Translations under genes and position numbers: made by a program
Part shown: positions 45,072-55,178 of the stretch, in pieces
Numbering within the stretch: the stretch's first letter is position 1
How the letters are laid out: each line of letters opens with the position of its first letter
Notes under the pieces: model-generated
The model's input: only the letters and a program-made list of their open reading frames with translations
Databases searched by the model: none
What the model was told of the DNA's origin: nothing
Source: Candidatus Peribacteria bacterium RIFCSPHIGHO2_01_FULL_55_13
GTDB taxonomy: Bacteria > Patescibacteriota > Gracilibacteria > Peribacterales > Peribacteraceae
DNA length: 62,116 nt
Direction of reading: 5' to 3'
NCBI GenBank assembly: GCA_001788925.1
Contig: MFXS01000036.1
Span: forward strand, 19,223 to 81,338

Positions 45072-45404
45072 ATGACATTCATAGCGAGGCAAGAAGTCTT
45101 TATCTGTGAACACTGCGGCGCTTCGGTGGATCTTCTGATCAACGGCAGCTACCGCAATCACTGCCCCAAGTGCCTGTACTCCAAACATGTCGATGAAGCA
45201 GGGCCCGGAGACCGAAAATCCCTGTGCCTGGGGCTGATGAAGCCAATCCGGATCGACCAGCATGCCAAGAAGGGGTGGATGATCGTCCACCAGTGTCTCC
45301 TGTGCCAAAAAGAGATGCGCAACCGCACCGCCCCGGACGATGAAATTGTTGGCTTCATGCAGAGAGAATCCGAGAGAATCGCAAAGGGAATTCCGCCTGC
45401 ATGA
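45072..45404 (+). CDS. RNHCP-domain zinc-ribbon protein
   Basis: CEHCG...YRNHCPKCLYSKHVD...C..C motif defining the RNHCP family. Confidence 0.75.
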   Translation: MTFIARQEVFICEHCGASVDLLINGSYRNHCPKCLYSKHVDEAGPGDRKSLCLGLMKPIRIDQHAKKGWMIVHQCLLCQKEMRNRTAPDDEIVGFMQRESERIAKGIPPA

Positions 45405-45675
45405 TACGGCTTCGTCGGTTTCGCTCTTCTTCTCTTCTCATAAGAAGTAGTTACATCTCGGCATAGCGATCCGACTACGCCGCTATCAGCATCTGCTAAA
45501 CAAAAAATGGCAATTAACGTCCTGATCGCGAAGCCGGATGAAATAAAATTGTGTTCAGTTTTCACCGCCTTCGCAAGGGCTCTTTGGCTATCGAGTCTTG
45601 ATAATACTTTTGCAGCAGGACTAGGATGCGCGTCTATGCGCGTGCTGCTTCTCATTAGTATGTTCGGCTTGCTGT

Positions 45676-46119
45676 TTATTTCTCTGTAAGCACGGACTGG
45701 ATGTACGTCTCACTCATAGCCGGTTTCACCGGCACCTTGTCTTGAATATTCCCCTCCGGAAGAACAACCAACGTATCCTCCTGCGTCTGCGGGTGCGCTT
45801 CGACGGAGACCATAAATCTTCCCTGCTCCAAAGCCGCACGGGCGCTTTCGGGAAGGGATACTTCTTCAAGCACACCTTCCACTCCCCTCTTTTCCAGATC
45901 GTCCGCAATCCGATTCTGTAATCGCTCCATTGTTTCGGGTTCCGTTTCGATCCGGAATTTCACCTCGGCCAATTGCTCCGAACGCTTGAGCTCGCGTTCC
46001 AGATCCTCCGGCCCCTTCACCTTGTCGCGCAGCCGTTCGTATTCCTCTGGGCTTCTGAGGCGCTTGCGGATCTTTTCGCGCTCACGGGAAGGGAGATGAT
46101 CGAGAAAGGAGTCGGACAC
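45676..46119 (-). CDS. Hypothetical protein
   Basis: 147-aa charged ORF, no motif. Confidence 0.5.
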   Translation of the reverse strand: MSDSFLDHLPSREREKIRKRLRSPEEYERLRDKVKGPEDLERELKRSEQLAEVKFRIETEPETMERLQNRIADDLEKRGVEGVLEEVSLPESARAALEQGRFMVSVEAHPQTQEDTLVVLPEGNIQDKVPVKPAMSETYIQSVLTEK

Positions 46120-46153
46120 GCTTGCTTAGGTTGAACTGAAATGGAAAAAATCT

Positions 46154-46399
46154 TCATGACATGTGCTGTTCTGGCGACGTTCTCTCTCTAGCAAGTTCCT
46201 GCATTCTTACGAGAGTTTCATCAAGGTCTGCCACGCTTCGGTCCAACGATTCCTGCGCTGCTGTACGAGCTGTTCGCAGAAGAGCCAGCAATTGCTGATT
46301 AGGACTAGTGTCACCGATCCTCGCTGATTCAATTGATTGAGCAATAACATCTAATTGCTCATCGGACACGGTGACTTCAAGATTGAATCTCCTTGGCAT
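46154..46399 (-). CDS. Hypothetical small protein
   Basis: ATG 46399 (MPRRFNLEV) avoids the overlap with the nrdJ 3' end given by ORF-track start 46483. Confidence 0.35.
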   Translation of the reverse strand: MPRRFNLEVTVSDEQLDVIAQSIESARIGDTSPNQQLLALLRTARTAAQESLDRSVADLDETLVRMQELARERTSPEQHMS

Positions 46400-46430
46400 A
46401 CTGCGATAGTAATTGAAACAAAGTACATGT

Positions 46431-49400
46431 CTAGCTGCATCCACTTGTTGCTCCACAATCCAAACACACTTCACAACTGCCATTCCTCTTCATCTTAAAG
46501 CTCCCGCAGCCGCTGCACATCGACCCCGTGAATCCCTGCTGCTTGGCGATTTCGATCTTTGTGGGTGCGGCGGCGACATCAGCTACAGCCTTTTCGGTTT
46601 CGACCGCCGTCTTTTCATCAACACTCGCGCCAAGCTTTGATGTATGCATTCCGAATTCCGAACCTGTCCTGAGCGGTGTCGAAGGATTCCGCATTCCGAA
46701 TTGTTTCGAGGACGCTCCTTCATCGATGATCGGCAGACGCATCGCAAACGCCTCTTTGCTCTTCGTTCCGGATTCGTACGCAAGGTCCACGAGATCGGCG
46801 TTGTGGAAGCGTTTGGCTTTGTCTTTGGAGAGGAACTTCAGCGCCATCCAACGGCCCATGTAGTCCATCAAGCTTTTCACCATCGGGATTTCCTTGTTCA
46901 TGGTCATGCCCGCCGGATCGAACTTCGCGCCCACAAGCTTCTCGCAGAGGACTTCGAGCGGCACGCCGTACTGCAAGTTCATGGAAAGACTCAATGCGAG
47001 CGTATCCATCACGCCCGAGAGCGTGGAACCTTCTTTGCTCATCTTCACGAACATCTCACCCGGCGTGCCATCTTCATACATGCCAACGTGAATATATCCT
47101 TCGTGACCGGCCACGGAGAACTTATGCGTCAGACTGAGGCGCTCGTCGGGAAGCTTCCTCCTGCGCGGCACTTCCTGAATGACAATCTTCTCAACAATCC
47201 TCTCCACAATCACTTCTTTCACTTCCTCCCCTTTCTGCCCTTCCTTCCCTTTTTTGCTGTCCGACTTGTTACTCAGCGCCTGGCTCATCTTGCAACCGTC
47301 ACGGTAGAGCGCGTTGGCCTTGATGCCCAGTTTCCAGCTGAGGAAGTATGCATTCTTGATATCTTCGATCGTGGCGTCGCTGGGGAGGTTGATCGTCTTG
47401 CTGATGGCTCCCGAGATGAACGGCTGTGACGCCGCCATCATGCGAATGTGGCCTTCGGCGGCGATATAGCGCTGGCCCAGCTTGCCGCACTTGTTGGCGC
47501 AGTCGAAGACCGGCAGATGCTCCGCTTTCAGATGCGGTGCGCCTTCGACGGTCATCCGGCCACAAATATGCTGGTTAGCTTCGTCGATCTGGTCTTGCGT
47601 GAAACCCAAAGCCGGCAAGACGGCAAAGTTGAAATCCGCCATCTGGGCTTCGGTAAACCCGAGCCGCTTCATCGTCTCCTCCCCAAGCACCCAGCGATTG
47701 AACGCGAAACCGATCTCAAAGACCTGCGGCAGGTTCTTCTCGATCTTGGCGATATCCGTGTCTTCAAAACCCTTCTCGCGAAGCGTCTGGCGGTTGATAT
47801 GGGGAGCGCCTTCGAGCGTCAGGCTGCCCATCACAAACTGCATGATCTCTTTCACCTCGCGGTCGCTGTAGCCAAGCGCCGAAAGCGCCGGCTTGACCGA
47901 CTGGTTCGCGATCTTCATATATCCGCCGCCTGCGAGCTTCTTGAATTTCACAAGCGCGAAATCGGGCTCCACACCGGTGGTGTCACAGTCCATGAGGAGG
48001 CCAATGGTTCCTGTGGGAGCGATGACCGTAGTCTGAGCATTGCGGAAGCCATGCTTCTCGCCCATCGCCAGTGCGCGGTCCCAGCATTCCTTGGAGGCCA
48101 GAAGCATGTCGCCGGGGCAGACCTTCTGATCAATCCCAACCGGTGGCACGTGCAGCGCTTCATATTCCCTCGCCGGAACGTCGTACGCGGCGCGACGATG
48201 GTTGCGAATGACACGGAGCATGTGTTCACGGTTGGGCGCGAATCCCGGAAACGGCCCCAGCGCTTCGGACATCTCGGCAGACGCTGCGTAGGATTCGCCC
48301 GTGAGGATGGCCGTGATGGCCGCGCACATCGCACGGGCCTTTGGGGAATCGTAGGGGATGCCCATGCGCATCAGCATCGCGCCGAGGTTCGCGTAGCCGA
48401 GGCCAAGCGTGCGGAAGCGATAGCTGAGTTCCGCAATCTCTTCGCTCGGGAACTGTGCCATGAGCACGGAAACTTCAAGGACGATCGTCCAGAGGCGCAC
48501 GGCGTGCTGGAACTTCGCGATGTCGAAGGTGTTTGATTCGGTGGTGAACGTAAGAAGGTTCAGAGACGCCAGGTTGCAGGCGGTATTGTCGAGGAACATG
48601 TACTCGCTGCAAGGATTACTCGCATTGATCCGGCCATCGGTGGGACACGTGTGCCAATCGTTGATGGTGGTGTCGTACTGCACTCCCGGATCCGCACAGG
48701 ACCATGCGGCGTAGCCGATCTTGTCCCAGAGGTCGCGGGCCTTGAGGGTTTTACAGGGCTTCTCCGCTCGCCCCTCGGCCTGCGCTTTCTTGCGCTCGGT
48801 GCGCCAGACCAGGTTCCAGTCGCCGTCTTTATCCACGGCCTCAAAGAAGTCGTGGGGAACGCGGATGGAGTTATTCGAGTTCTGACCAGAAACCGTCTGG
48901 TAGGCATCGCCGTTGTAGTCGGTGTCGTAGCCGGCGGCCGCGAGTGCCGCAACTTTCTTCTCCTCTTTCACTTTCCAGTCGATGAACGTTTCGATATCCG
49001 GGTGATCGAGGTCCAGACAGACCATTTTGGCTGCTCTGCGCGTGGTGCCGCCGGACTTGATGGCCGCGGCCGCGCGGTCGCCGATCTTGAGGAAACTCAT
49101 GAGGCCGGAGCTCCGTCCGCCCCCGGAAAGCGGTTCGCCGTCGCCGCGGAGATTGCTGAAGTTGGTGCCCGTGCCCGAGCCGAACTTGAAGAGACGGGCT
49201 TCGCGGACCCACAGGTCCATGATGCCACCTTCGTTGACCATGTCATCCGCTACGGACTGGATGAAGCAGGCATGGGGCTGGGGATGCGTGTAGGCGTCTT
49301 CGCTGCGCTTCACCTCTCCTGTCTCCGGCACACAGTAGTAGTGGCCCTGCGCCGGTCCCGTGATGCCATAGGCATGATGGAGGCCGGTGTTGAACCACTG

Positions 49401-49898
49401 GGGACTGTTGGGAGCAGCCATCTGGTGAACGAGCATGTAACTGAGCTCGTCTTCGAAGGCCTGGGCGTCCTGGGTCGTCTCGAAGTAGCCGTACTTCTCG
49501 GCCCAGCTTCTCCAGCAGCCGGCGAGGCGCCGGATGACTTGTTTCACAGACCGCTCGGGTCCGGTAATGACCTCCCCTTTTTCATTCTTGAGGACAGCAC
49601 CCTGAGCGTCGTATTGGGGAACACCCGCCTTGCGGAAGTACTTGGAAACGACGATATCGGTTGCCACCTGCGACCAGCTTGCCGGAATCTCTGCCCCCTC
49701 CATCTCAAAGACCACGGAACCGTCGGTGTTCTTGATACGGCTGACCCTCTTTTCATAGGTAATGTCCTCCAGAGGATCCCTCCCCGGACTCGTAAAAACG
49801 CGGGATACCGAAAGACCTTTGCGGCCGTTTCGGAGATCTTGCCGGGGAATATCCTGAAGGCGGGAAGAGGCTGGGGGTGAAGAGGACTGGGGGTTCAT
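46431..49898 (-). CDS. nrdJ: Class II adenosylcobalamin-dependent ribonucleotide reductase
   Basis: 1155 aa; NPCSEYMFLDNTACNLASLNL active-site region; C-terminal Cys cluster CSGCGSFKMKRNGSCEVCLDCG. Confidence 0.9.
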   Translation of the reverse strand: MNPQSSSPPASSRLQDIPRQDLRNGRKGLSVSRVFTSPGRDPLEDITYEKRVSRIKNTDGSVVFEMEGAEIPASWSQVATDIVVSKYFRKAGVPQYDAQGAVLKNEKGEVITGPERSVKQVIRRLAGCWRSWAEKYGYFETTQDAQAFEDELSYMLVHQMAAPNSPQWFNTGLHHAYGITGPAQGHYYCVPETGEVKRSEDAYTHPQPHACFIQSVADDMVNEGGIMDLWVREARLFKFGSGTGTNFSNLRGDGEPLSGGGRSSGLMSFLKIGDRAAAAIKSGGTTRRAAKMVCLDLDHPDIETFIDWKVKEEKKVAALAAAGYDTDYNGDAYQTVSGQNSNNSIRVPHDFFEAVDKDGDWNLVWRTERKKAQAEGRAEKPCKTLKARDLWDKIGYAAWSCADPGVQYDTTINDWHTCPTDGRINASNPCSEYMFLDNTACNLASLNLLTFTTESNTFDIAKFQHAVRLWTIVLEVSVLMAQFPSEEIAELSYRFRTLGLGYANLGAMLMRMGIPYDSPKARAMCAAITAILTGESYAASAEMSEALGPFPGFAPNREHMLRVIRNHRRAAYDVPAREYEALHVPPVGIDQKVCPGDMLLASKECWDRALAMGEKHGFRNAQTTVIAPTGTIGLLMDCDTTGVEPDFALVKFKKLAGGGYMKIANQSVKPALSALGYSDREVKEIMQFVMGSLTLEGAPHINRQTLREKGFEDTDIAKIEKNLPQVFEIGFAFNRWVLGEETMKRLGFTEAQMADFNFAVLPALGFTQDQIDEANQHICGRMTVEGAPHLKAEHLPVFDCANKCGKLGQRYIAAEGHIRMMAASQPFISGAISKTINLPSDATIEDIKNAYFLSWKLGIKANALYRDGCKMSQALSNKSDSKKGKEGQKGEEVKEVIVERIVEKIVIQEVPRRRKLPDERLSLTHKFSVAGHEGYIHVGMYEDGTPGEMFVKMSKEGSTLSGVMDTLALSLSMNLQYGVPLEVLCEKLVGAKFDPAGMTMNKEIPMVKSLMDYMGRWMALKFLSKDKAKRFHNADLVDLAYESGTKSKEAFAMRLPIIDEGASSKQFGMRNPSTPLRTGSEFGMHTSKLGASVDEKTAVETEKAVADVAAAPTKIEIAKQQGFTGSMCSGCGSFKMKRNGSCEVCLDCGATSGCS

Positions 49899-49926
49899 AG
49901 CACGTGTGAAGAAAAAAATGTGAAGA

Positions 49927-49942
49927 ACACTAGATGTTGTGT
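49927..49942. promoter_or_regulatory. NrdR box 1
   Basis: ACACTAGATGTTGTGT, 14/16 to the acaCwAtATaTwgtgt consensus; 29 nt upstream of the nrdJ ATG. Confidence 0.6.
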
Positions 49943-49958
49943 CTCAGGTGTCACGACT

Positions 49959-49974
49959 ACACAAGATATTGGGC
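49959..49974. promoter_or_regulatory. NrdR box 2
   Basis: ACACAAGATATTGGGC, 13/16 to consensus; start-to-start distance of 32 bp from box 1, the usual tandem spacing. Confidence 0.55.
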
Positions 49975-50137
49975 CTGCACACTTCCGTCAAATCTCGAAA
50001 AACAATAGGTCACGGGCAGGCCGAAATGAAAAAATCACGCGTCGATGGGGCATTCTCTGGAGAGATCAAAAGATACAACGCAACGCAAGTTTGTTATGAG
50101 GACACAGTCTTAAAAAAGGGAAAAGCGAAATCGAGAG

Positions 50138-50196
50138 TTGGGGAGTTCGGGAGCTCGGGCGTAGTACGATCTCCCCACTCCCCATCTCCCCATTCC
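50138..50196. repeat. Heptad-word hairpin family 9 (GGGGAGT / CTCCCCA words)
   Basis: TTGGGGAGTTCGGGAGCTCGGGCG-tagta-CGATCTCCCCACTCCCCATCTCCCCATTCCCG; imperfect pairing. Confidence 0.65.
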
Positions 50197-50239
50197 CGAT
50201 GCTCTTCAACCTTTCCTATCTCATCGATAAGCTGTGGAT

Positions 50240-50917
50240 ATGAAGATACTTGCTGTGGTCGCCGGCACCAACGAACCGAGTAACGTGAACGTGCTCTGCG
50301 ACGCATTTTTGAAGGGGGTGAAAGATGCTATTCCACAGGCAGAGATCGTGAAGCTGCGACTCAAGGATCTCACCATCAAGCACTTCTCCCTAGAGGACTA
50401 CCATGCGCTGTGCACATCGGAAGACGATTTCTGCAGGCTCCAGGAACATGTGCAGTCTTGTGACGCCCTCGTGTTTGCCACCCCCGTCTGGAACTTCTCG
50501 GTGCCGGGACACCTAAAAAACGTCATCGACCGCATGGGTGCTTTTTGTCTGGATGAAGAGACGCGCACAAAAGGGCAGCTCCCCGGGACGCCCGCGTACT
50601 TTCTCTATACGGGAGGGGCTCCCGTCGCTGCGTGGAAAGGCCTGATGCGGTTTACCACGAGCCATCTGCCGGAATCGATCCGGTACTACGGAGGCACGAT
50701 CATCGGAAAAGATTTTGAAGGAAAATGCCAGCCCAAGCGCGGCACCTTCGCCCTGATCGTGGATCAGCGCCCTGCTTCCCTTGCCCGCGTCGAAGTAAAA
50801 GGAAAATCATTCGGGCGGATCGTGGACCGCTATGTGCAGACCAAAATATTCCCGCTGCATTTCAGAATCATCAACCGCACCTACAAAATAGGGCAAAAAA
50901 TCGTCGCCAAATTTTAA
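50240..50917 (+). CDS. Flavodoxin-fold NAD(P)H-dependent FMN reductase-like protein
   Basis: MKILAVVAGTNEPSN...DALVFATPVWNFSVPGHLKNVIDR; ATG 50240 preferred to GTG 50234. Confidence 0.7.
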   Translation: MKILAVVAGTNEPSNVNVLCDAFLKGVKDAIPQAEIVKLRLKDLTIKHFSLEDYHALCTSEDDFCRLQEHVQSCDALVFATPVWNFSVPGHLKNVIDRMGAFCLDEETRTKGQLPGTPAYFLYTGGAPVAAWKGLMRFTTSHLPESIRYYGGTIIGKDFEGKCQPKRGTFALIVDQRPASLARVEVKGKSFGRIVDRYVQTKIFPLHFRIINRTYKIGQKIVAKF

Positions 50918-50920
50918 AAC

Positions 50921-51802
50921 CTACGATCGCCGGGCGAGCTCCTCCAGTTTCGTCCACAGTCCCTGGGCCAGCACACGACTCGTGACGACGCCAAGACCCG
51001 CCAGAGTCGCACTGACGTTCACCGTAAGCGCCGCCGCCTCCAGCGCTTCTTTGACCTGCTCCCAGGTCATCGTAAACCACTTGGGCTGGTGCTCGGACCA
51101 GAGCAGCACGTTGTCCGCTGACTTTCCCTTGTGCGCGTTGCCGAACTCTTTGTGCTTCGTGCGCAGAAGAAAACCCAGTGCGCTCAGAGCTTTCGCCTGC
51201 TCCAGTGGATCTTCGGCAGAAGCGATGTTTTGGAGTATGGGTTGCAGCTCTTCGGCCTCCTTCTGTTCCGCATTCCATGCGTCTTCCTGCAGGAAGGTTA
51301 CGATGCCGATAAGAGTATTCCGGGCTTTCGTGGGCTTGCCGTCCTCGTCGTCGTACTCCCCCGCCTGGTCATGCAAATCGATCACTTTGCGCATCTGTTC
51401 GAGATCGCGGATCGAAAGTCCCGCAAGGAATGTGCAGACGGATGCGTCTGTTTTGAATGCCTCGTCGATCTGGGGCCCCGTCCAGTGACGCTTGCTCTGA
51501 AGCACCGACGTCACTGCGAACGTCAGTCCCGCGTCTTCATGTTCTATCGTATGGAGCCAGGTCTGCCTTCGTTCCTCACAGGCATGGAAGTACTGCAGAT
51601 AATCGTCGAGGCTTTTTAGGGCACCGGAAAGTTCCGTATTCTCAACGGCAAACATGTCCCAGAGCTGCGCAAGATGCTTCTCATCAAAGAGATCAATGAG
51701 CTCCTCCCACGCCCGGGTTTCCTCATCCTTCATCAGTTTGCACCGAAGCACACTGAGCAGGACGTTGCGAAGGGAAAAGCGGGGTTCCATGTTTTTTATC
51801 AT
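50921..51802 (-). CDS. Hypothetical protein
   Basis: 293-aa ORF, helical, no motif recognised. Confidence 0.55.
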   Translation of the reverse strand: MIKNMEPRFSLRNVLLSVLRCKLMKDEETRAWEELIDLFDEKHLAQLWDMFAVENTELSGALKSLDDYLQYFHACEERRQTWLHTIEHEDAGLTFAVTSVLQSKRHWTGPQIDEAFKTDASVCTFLAGLSIRDLEQMRKVIDLHDQAGEYDDEDGKPTKARNTLIGIVTFLQEDAWNAEQKEAEELQPILQNIASAEDPLEQAKALSALGFLLRTKHKEFGNAHKGKSADNVLLWSEHQPKWFTMTWEQVKEALEAAALTVNVSATLAGLGVVTSRVLAQGLWTKLEELARRS

Positions 51803-51858
51803 GAGGTTTTTGATTCGGTCTAGAGCATACCTATTTTAGCATAAATTCAGCTTTTAAG

Positions 51859-52872
51859 CTATACATCGTTATTCTTACCGATCAGCCTCACTTCACAATC
51901 CACTGCCTTCGCTGCCCGGAATGCCTCCCACGTTTTCCTCCCTCCCTCCACAAGCACACTCGTAATGCCATGAAAATCTTGTGTCGGCGTCGTGAGGACA
52001 CGAAATAATGCTTGCATTTCAAATACTCCGGAAGCATCCATCGGAATCTGAATTACTCGTACGCCGCACTCACGAAGCTCCACCATTTTTTCTTTTGAAT
52101 CCCCGGAATCCTTGGTAACCACCATCGTCCCCTTTCCCATCTCGCTACTTACAATTTTCGCACTTAATGGAATTCTTAGATCTGGATCCAGAACTATCCG
52201 TAGCGGCTGCTGCCTAGTCATTGGTTCTTGATCATTGGTCATTCGTGCCGTAAGGAATGGATCATCACTCACTACCGTCCCCACCCCCACAAGAATCGCA
52301 TCATGCTTCGCTCGCAGAAATGAATGCGACCATCGGTTTTGCTCGTCACTCGTGATCTTCATTTTTGATCCATCTTCATGAGCGATTTGGCCCTTGCGCC
52401 CTTGCGCCCTTTTCAAGGTGATCCACGGTCTCCCCTTCGTTATCAGTGATACAAATCCCCTGTTAAACCATTCGCATTGCGCTCTTTCAATCGGTCCGAC
52501 AACCTCAATTCCATTTTTTTGTAATTCTTCTACTCCTTTTCCCGATACCTTCGGATTGGGATCAAGCATCCCAAAGACCACACGCTTGATGCCGCTTTTG
52601 ATAATCGCATCTGTGCATGGTGGTGTCTTTTTTAGTGTATGACAGCAAGGCTCTAAATTTAGATACAGCCCATCCTCTTGCTGTATTTTATGATCTAATT
52701 TATTGATCAATTTAGCTTCCGCATGGTGGCTGCCAAACTCCTCATGATGAGCTTCTGCAATGATTTTCCCGTCGCGAACAAGCACAGCGCCGACCATGGG
52801 GTTGATACCGGTATGGCCGCGGGCACGGGCGGCGAGGGAGAGGCAGCGGTGGAGGAAGGGGGCATGATCCAT
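51859..52872 (-). CDS. ribD: RibD-like bifunctional pyrimidine deaminase/reductase (orphan; contains two repeat-word segments)
   Basis: HAEAKLI, LEPCCH..TPPC deaminase zinc site; reductase-domain VGVGTVVSDDPFLTAR ... PLRIVLD. Confidence 0.8.
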   Translation of the reverse strand: MDHAPFLHRCLSLAARARGHTGINPMVGAVLVRDGKIIAEAHHEEFGSHHAEAKLINKLDHKIQQEDGLYLNLEPCCHTLKKTPPCTDAIIKSGIKRVVFGMLDPNPKVSGKGVEELQKNGIEVVGPIERAQCEWFNRGFVSLITKGRPWITLKRAQGRKGQIAHEDGSKMKITSDEQNRWSHSFLRAKHDAILVGVGTVVSDDPFLTARMTNDQEPMTRQQPLRIVLDPDLRIPLSAKIVSSEMGKGTMVVTKDSGDSKEKMVELRECGVRVIQIPMDASGVFEMQALFRVLTTPTQDFHGITSVLVEGGRKTWEAFRAAKAVDCEVRLIGKNNDV

Positions 52873-52937
52873 ACAGTGAACAATATACCGTAGCGAAGGT
52901 TCACGAACCTCCGCTGCAGTACGATTACCAATGCTAT

Positions 52938-55040
52938 TTATCTCTTCCTCACTCCCACCCTCTTCGCAATCACCTCTTCGGCAACGTTCCTCGGCACTTT
53001 GTCGTAATGACTCGGTTCCATGGAGTAGCTCGCGCGCCCTTGCGTCATCGAGCGCACTTCCGTGGCGTAACCAAACATTGCGGCCAGCGGCACCTTGGCT
53101 TCGATGATCTTGGCGAGTCCGCGGTTGCTGGTGTTCTCAATGAGTCCACGGCGGCTGCTGAGGTCACCCATCACATCTCCCATGAATTCCTCCGGCGTGA
53201 CGACTTCCACTTTCATGATCGGTTCGAGAAGCGTGGGATCGGCCCTCCTGGCGGCCTCCTGGAAGCCGATCGAGGCGCAGGTTTTGAAGGCGAATTCTGA
53301 GGAGTCCACGTCATGGTAGCTTCCGTCGAGGAGCTCCACTTTCACGTCCACCACGGGGTAGCCGGCGAGGATGCCCCTACTCATGCCTTCCTGGAAGCCC
53401 TGATCGCACGGCTTGATGAATTCACGCGGAATGCGGCCTCCCACCACAGAGTTCTCAAATTCGTAGCCGGTGCCCGGTGCCTGCGGCGTGAGCTTGAAGA
53501 CGACGTGGCCAAATTGTCCGCGTCCTCCGGACTGCTTCACGTACTTCTCCTCATGTTCGATCTCTTTCTGAATCGTTTCGCGGTAGGCGACCTGGGGCTT
53601 GCCCACAGTTGTTTCGACTTTGAATTCGCGCCGCATACGGTCGACGATGATGTCGAGGTGTAGTTCTCCCATACCCGAAATGATGACCTGGTTGGTCTCC
53701 TCGTCGCTATGGACGCGGAACGTGGGGTCCTCTTCGGAAAGCTTCTGGAGGGCGATGCCCATTTTCTCCTGGTCTGCTTTGGTTTTGGGCTCCACGGCGA
53801 TAGAGATGACCGGCTCCGCGAAGGTGATGGCCTCCAACCGGATCGGCTTGTCTTCGTCGCAGAGCGTGTCTCCCGTGCGCGTGTCTTTAAGCCCGATGGC
53901 GGCACCGATGTCGCCTGCCTCGATCCTGTCGACCTCTTGGCGCTGGTTGGCGTGGAGGCGGACGATGCGTCCGATGCGCTCGCGTGCGCCGGAGCGGGGG
54001 TTATAGACGAAGGAGCCAGTCGTGAGGACACCGGAATACACGCGGATAAAGGTCAGCTTCCCGACGAAGGGATCGGTCGCGATTTTGAAAGCAAGGGAGG
54101 AAAGGGGTTCGCTATTGTCCGGCTTCCGGCTCTCTTCGACGTCCGTGTGCGGGTTGAAGCCCTTGGACGGCGGAATATCGAGTGGGGAAGGCAGGTATGC
54201 GACGACGGCATCGAGCATTTTCTGCACGCCGATGTTTTTCAGAGACGATCCGCAGAGCACCGGGTAGATCTTGTTACTGACCGTTCCTGCGCGGATGCCT
54301 TTTCTCAGCTGTTCGTCAGTGAGGGCGCCGTTTTCCAGAAACGCGTCGATGAGATCATCATTGGCTTCGGCGACTTTCTCCATGAGCACCGCCCGGTACT
54401 CGCTCACGTTCTGGACGAGGTCTTCCGGAATCGGGATCTCGATGCGGTTCTCGCCGTGCGCTCCTTCGAACTTGTAGGCCTTCTTTTCGACGAGATCGAT
54501 GAGCCCGGTGAAATCCGACTCCGCGCCAATCGGGAGCTGGATCGCGACGGCGCTTTTGGTGAGGCGGTCGTGGATCGAGGCGAGGGACATGTAGAAATCC
54601 CCTCCTGTTTTGTCCATTTTGTTCACGAATGCGAGGCGCGGGACATTGTATTTGTCCGCCTGACGCCAGACGGTCTCACTCTGGGGTTCTACGCCCTGCG
54701 ATCCGTCAAAGACGACACATCCGCCGTCCAGGACGCGAAGACTACGCTCCACTTCGGCGGTGAAGTCCACGTGTCCGGGGGTATCAATCAGGTTGATGAC
54801 GCAGTCGATCTCCTTGCCGTCGACATCGGCAGCATGCCAGTTACATTGTGTGGCGGCTGCGGTGATGGTGATGCCGCGCTCGCGCTCCTGTTCCATCCAG
54901 TCCATGGTCGCCTCCCCCTCGTGCACCTCGCCGATTTTGTAGTTCTTGCCCGTGTAAAAGAGAATGCGCTCGGAGGTCGTTGTTTTTCCGGCGTCGATAT
55001 GGGCAATGATTCCGATATTGCGAACGTTCTTAAGATCCAT
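52938..55040 (-). CDS. fusA: Elongation factor G
   Basis: [26 protein letters not shown]; ATG 55040 ([10 protein letters not shown]). Confidence 0.95.
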   Translation of the reverse strand: MDLKNVRNIGIIAHIDAGKTTTSERILFYTGKNYKIGEVHEGEATMDWMEQERERGITITAAATQCNWHAADVDGKEIDCVINLIDTPGHVDFTAEVERSLRVLDGGCVVFDGSQGVEPQSETVWRQADKYNVPRLAFVNKMDKTGGDFYMSLASIHDRLTKSAVAIQLPIGAESDFTGLIDLVEKKAYKFEGAHGENRIEIPIPEDLVQNVSEYRAVLMEKVAEANDDLIDAFLENGALTDEQLRKGIRAGTVSNKIYPVLCGSSLKNIGVQKMLDAVVAYLPSPLDIPPSKGFNPHTDVEESRKPDNSEPLSSLAFKIATDPFVGKLTFIRVYSGVLTTGSFVYNPRSGARERIGRIVRLHANQRQEVDRIEAGDIGAAIGLKDTRTGDTLCDEDKPIRLEAITFAEPVISIAVEPKTKADQEKMGIALQKLSEEDPTFRVHSDEETNQVIISGMGELHLDIIVDRMRREFKVETTVGKPQVAYRETIQKEIEHEEKYVKQSGGRGQFGHVVFKLTPQAPGTGYEFENSVVGGRIPREFIKPCDQGFQEGMSRGILAGYPVVDVKVELLDGSYHDVDSSEFAFKTCASIGFQEAARRADPTLLEPIMKVEVVTPEEFMGDVMGDLSSRRGLIENTSNRGLAKIIEAKVPLAAMFGYATEVRSMTQGRASYSMEPSHYDKVPRNVAEEVIAKRVGVRKR

Positions 55041-55178
55041 GATGGGACTGGGAATGGAGTGAAGAAAAGAGAGCAACCGCTCAAGATGCGGTTGCATCTG
55101 CGATTTTCCGAAAAACTATACGGAAATAGCGTTTTGGATGCAATCCTTCGAAAGGAGAAATCTATGCTTTTAGCATCA

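Noticed and set aside
45405-45675. A 270-bp convergent spacer with a possible 60-aa hydrophobic-tailed ORF (45507-45689) and the direct repeat ATGCGCGT x2.
   Set aside because: No motif, no clear start context and no recognisable RNA family. Left unannotated, though it would be worth including in an Rfam or RNA-seq check.
49899-50233. Cobalamin riboswitch in the nrdJ leader (a GCCTGCCC string resembles the end of a B12 box).
   Set aside because: No other conserved B12-element segments were seen. B12 riboswitches normally control B12-independent isozymes rather than nrdJ. NrdR boxes explain the region better.
52873-52937. FMN riboswitch upstream of ribD.
   Set aside because: The spacer to fusA is only 65 bp, too short for an FMN aptamer, and shows no conserved FMN-element strings.
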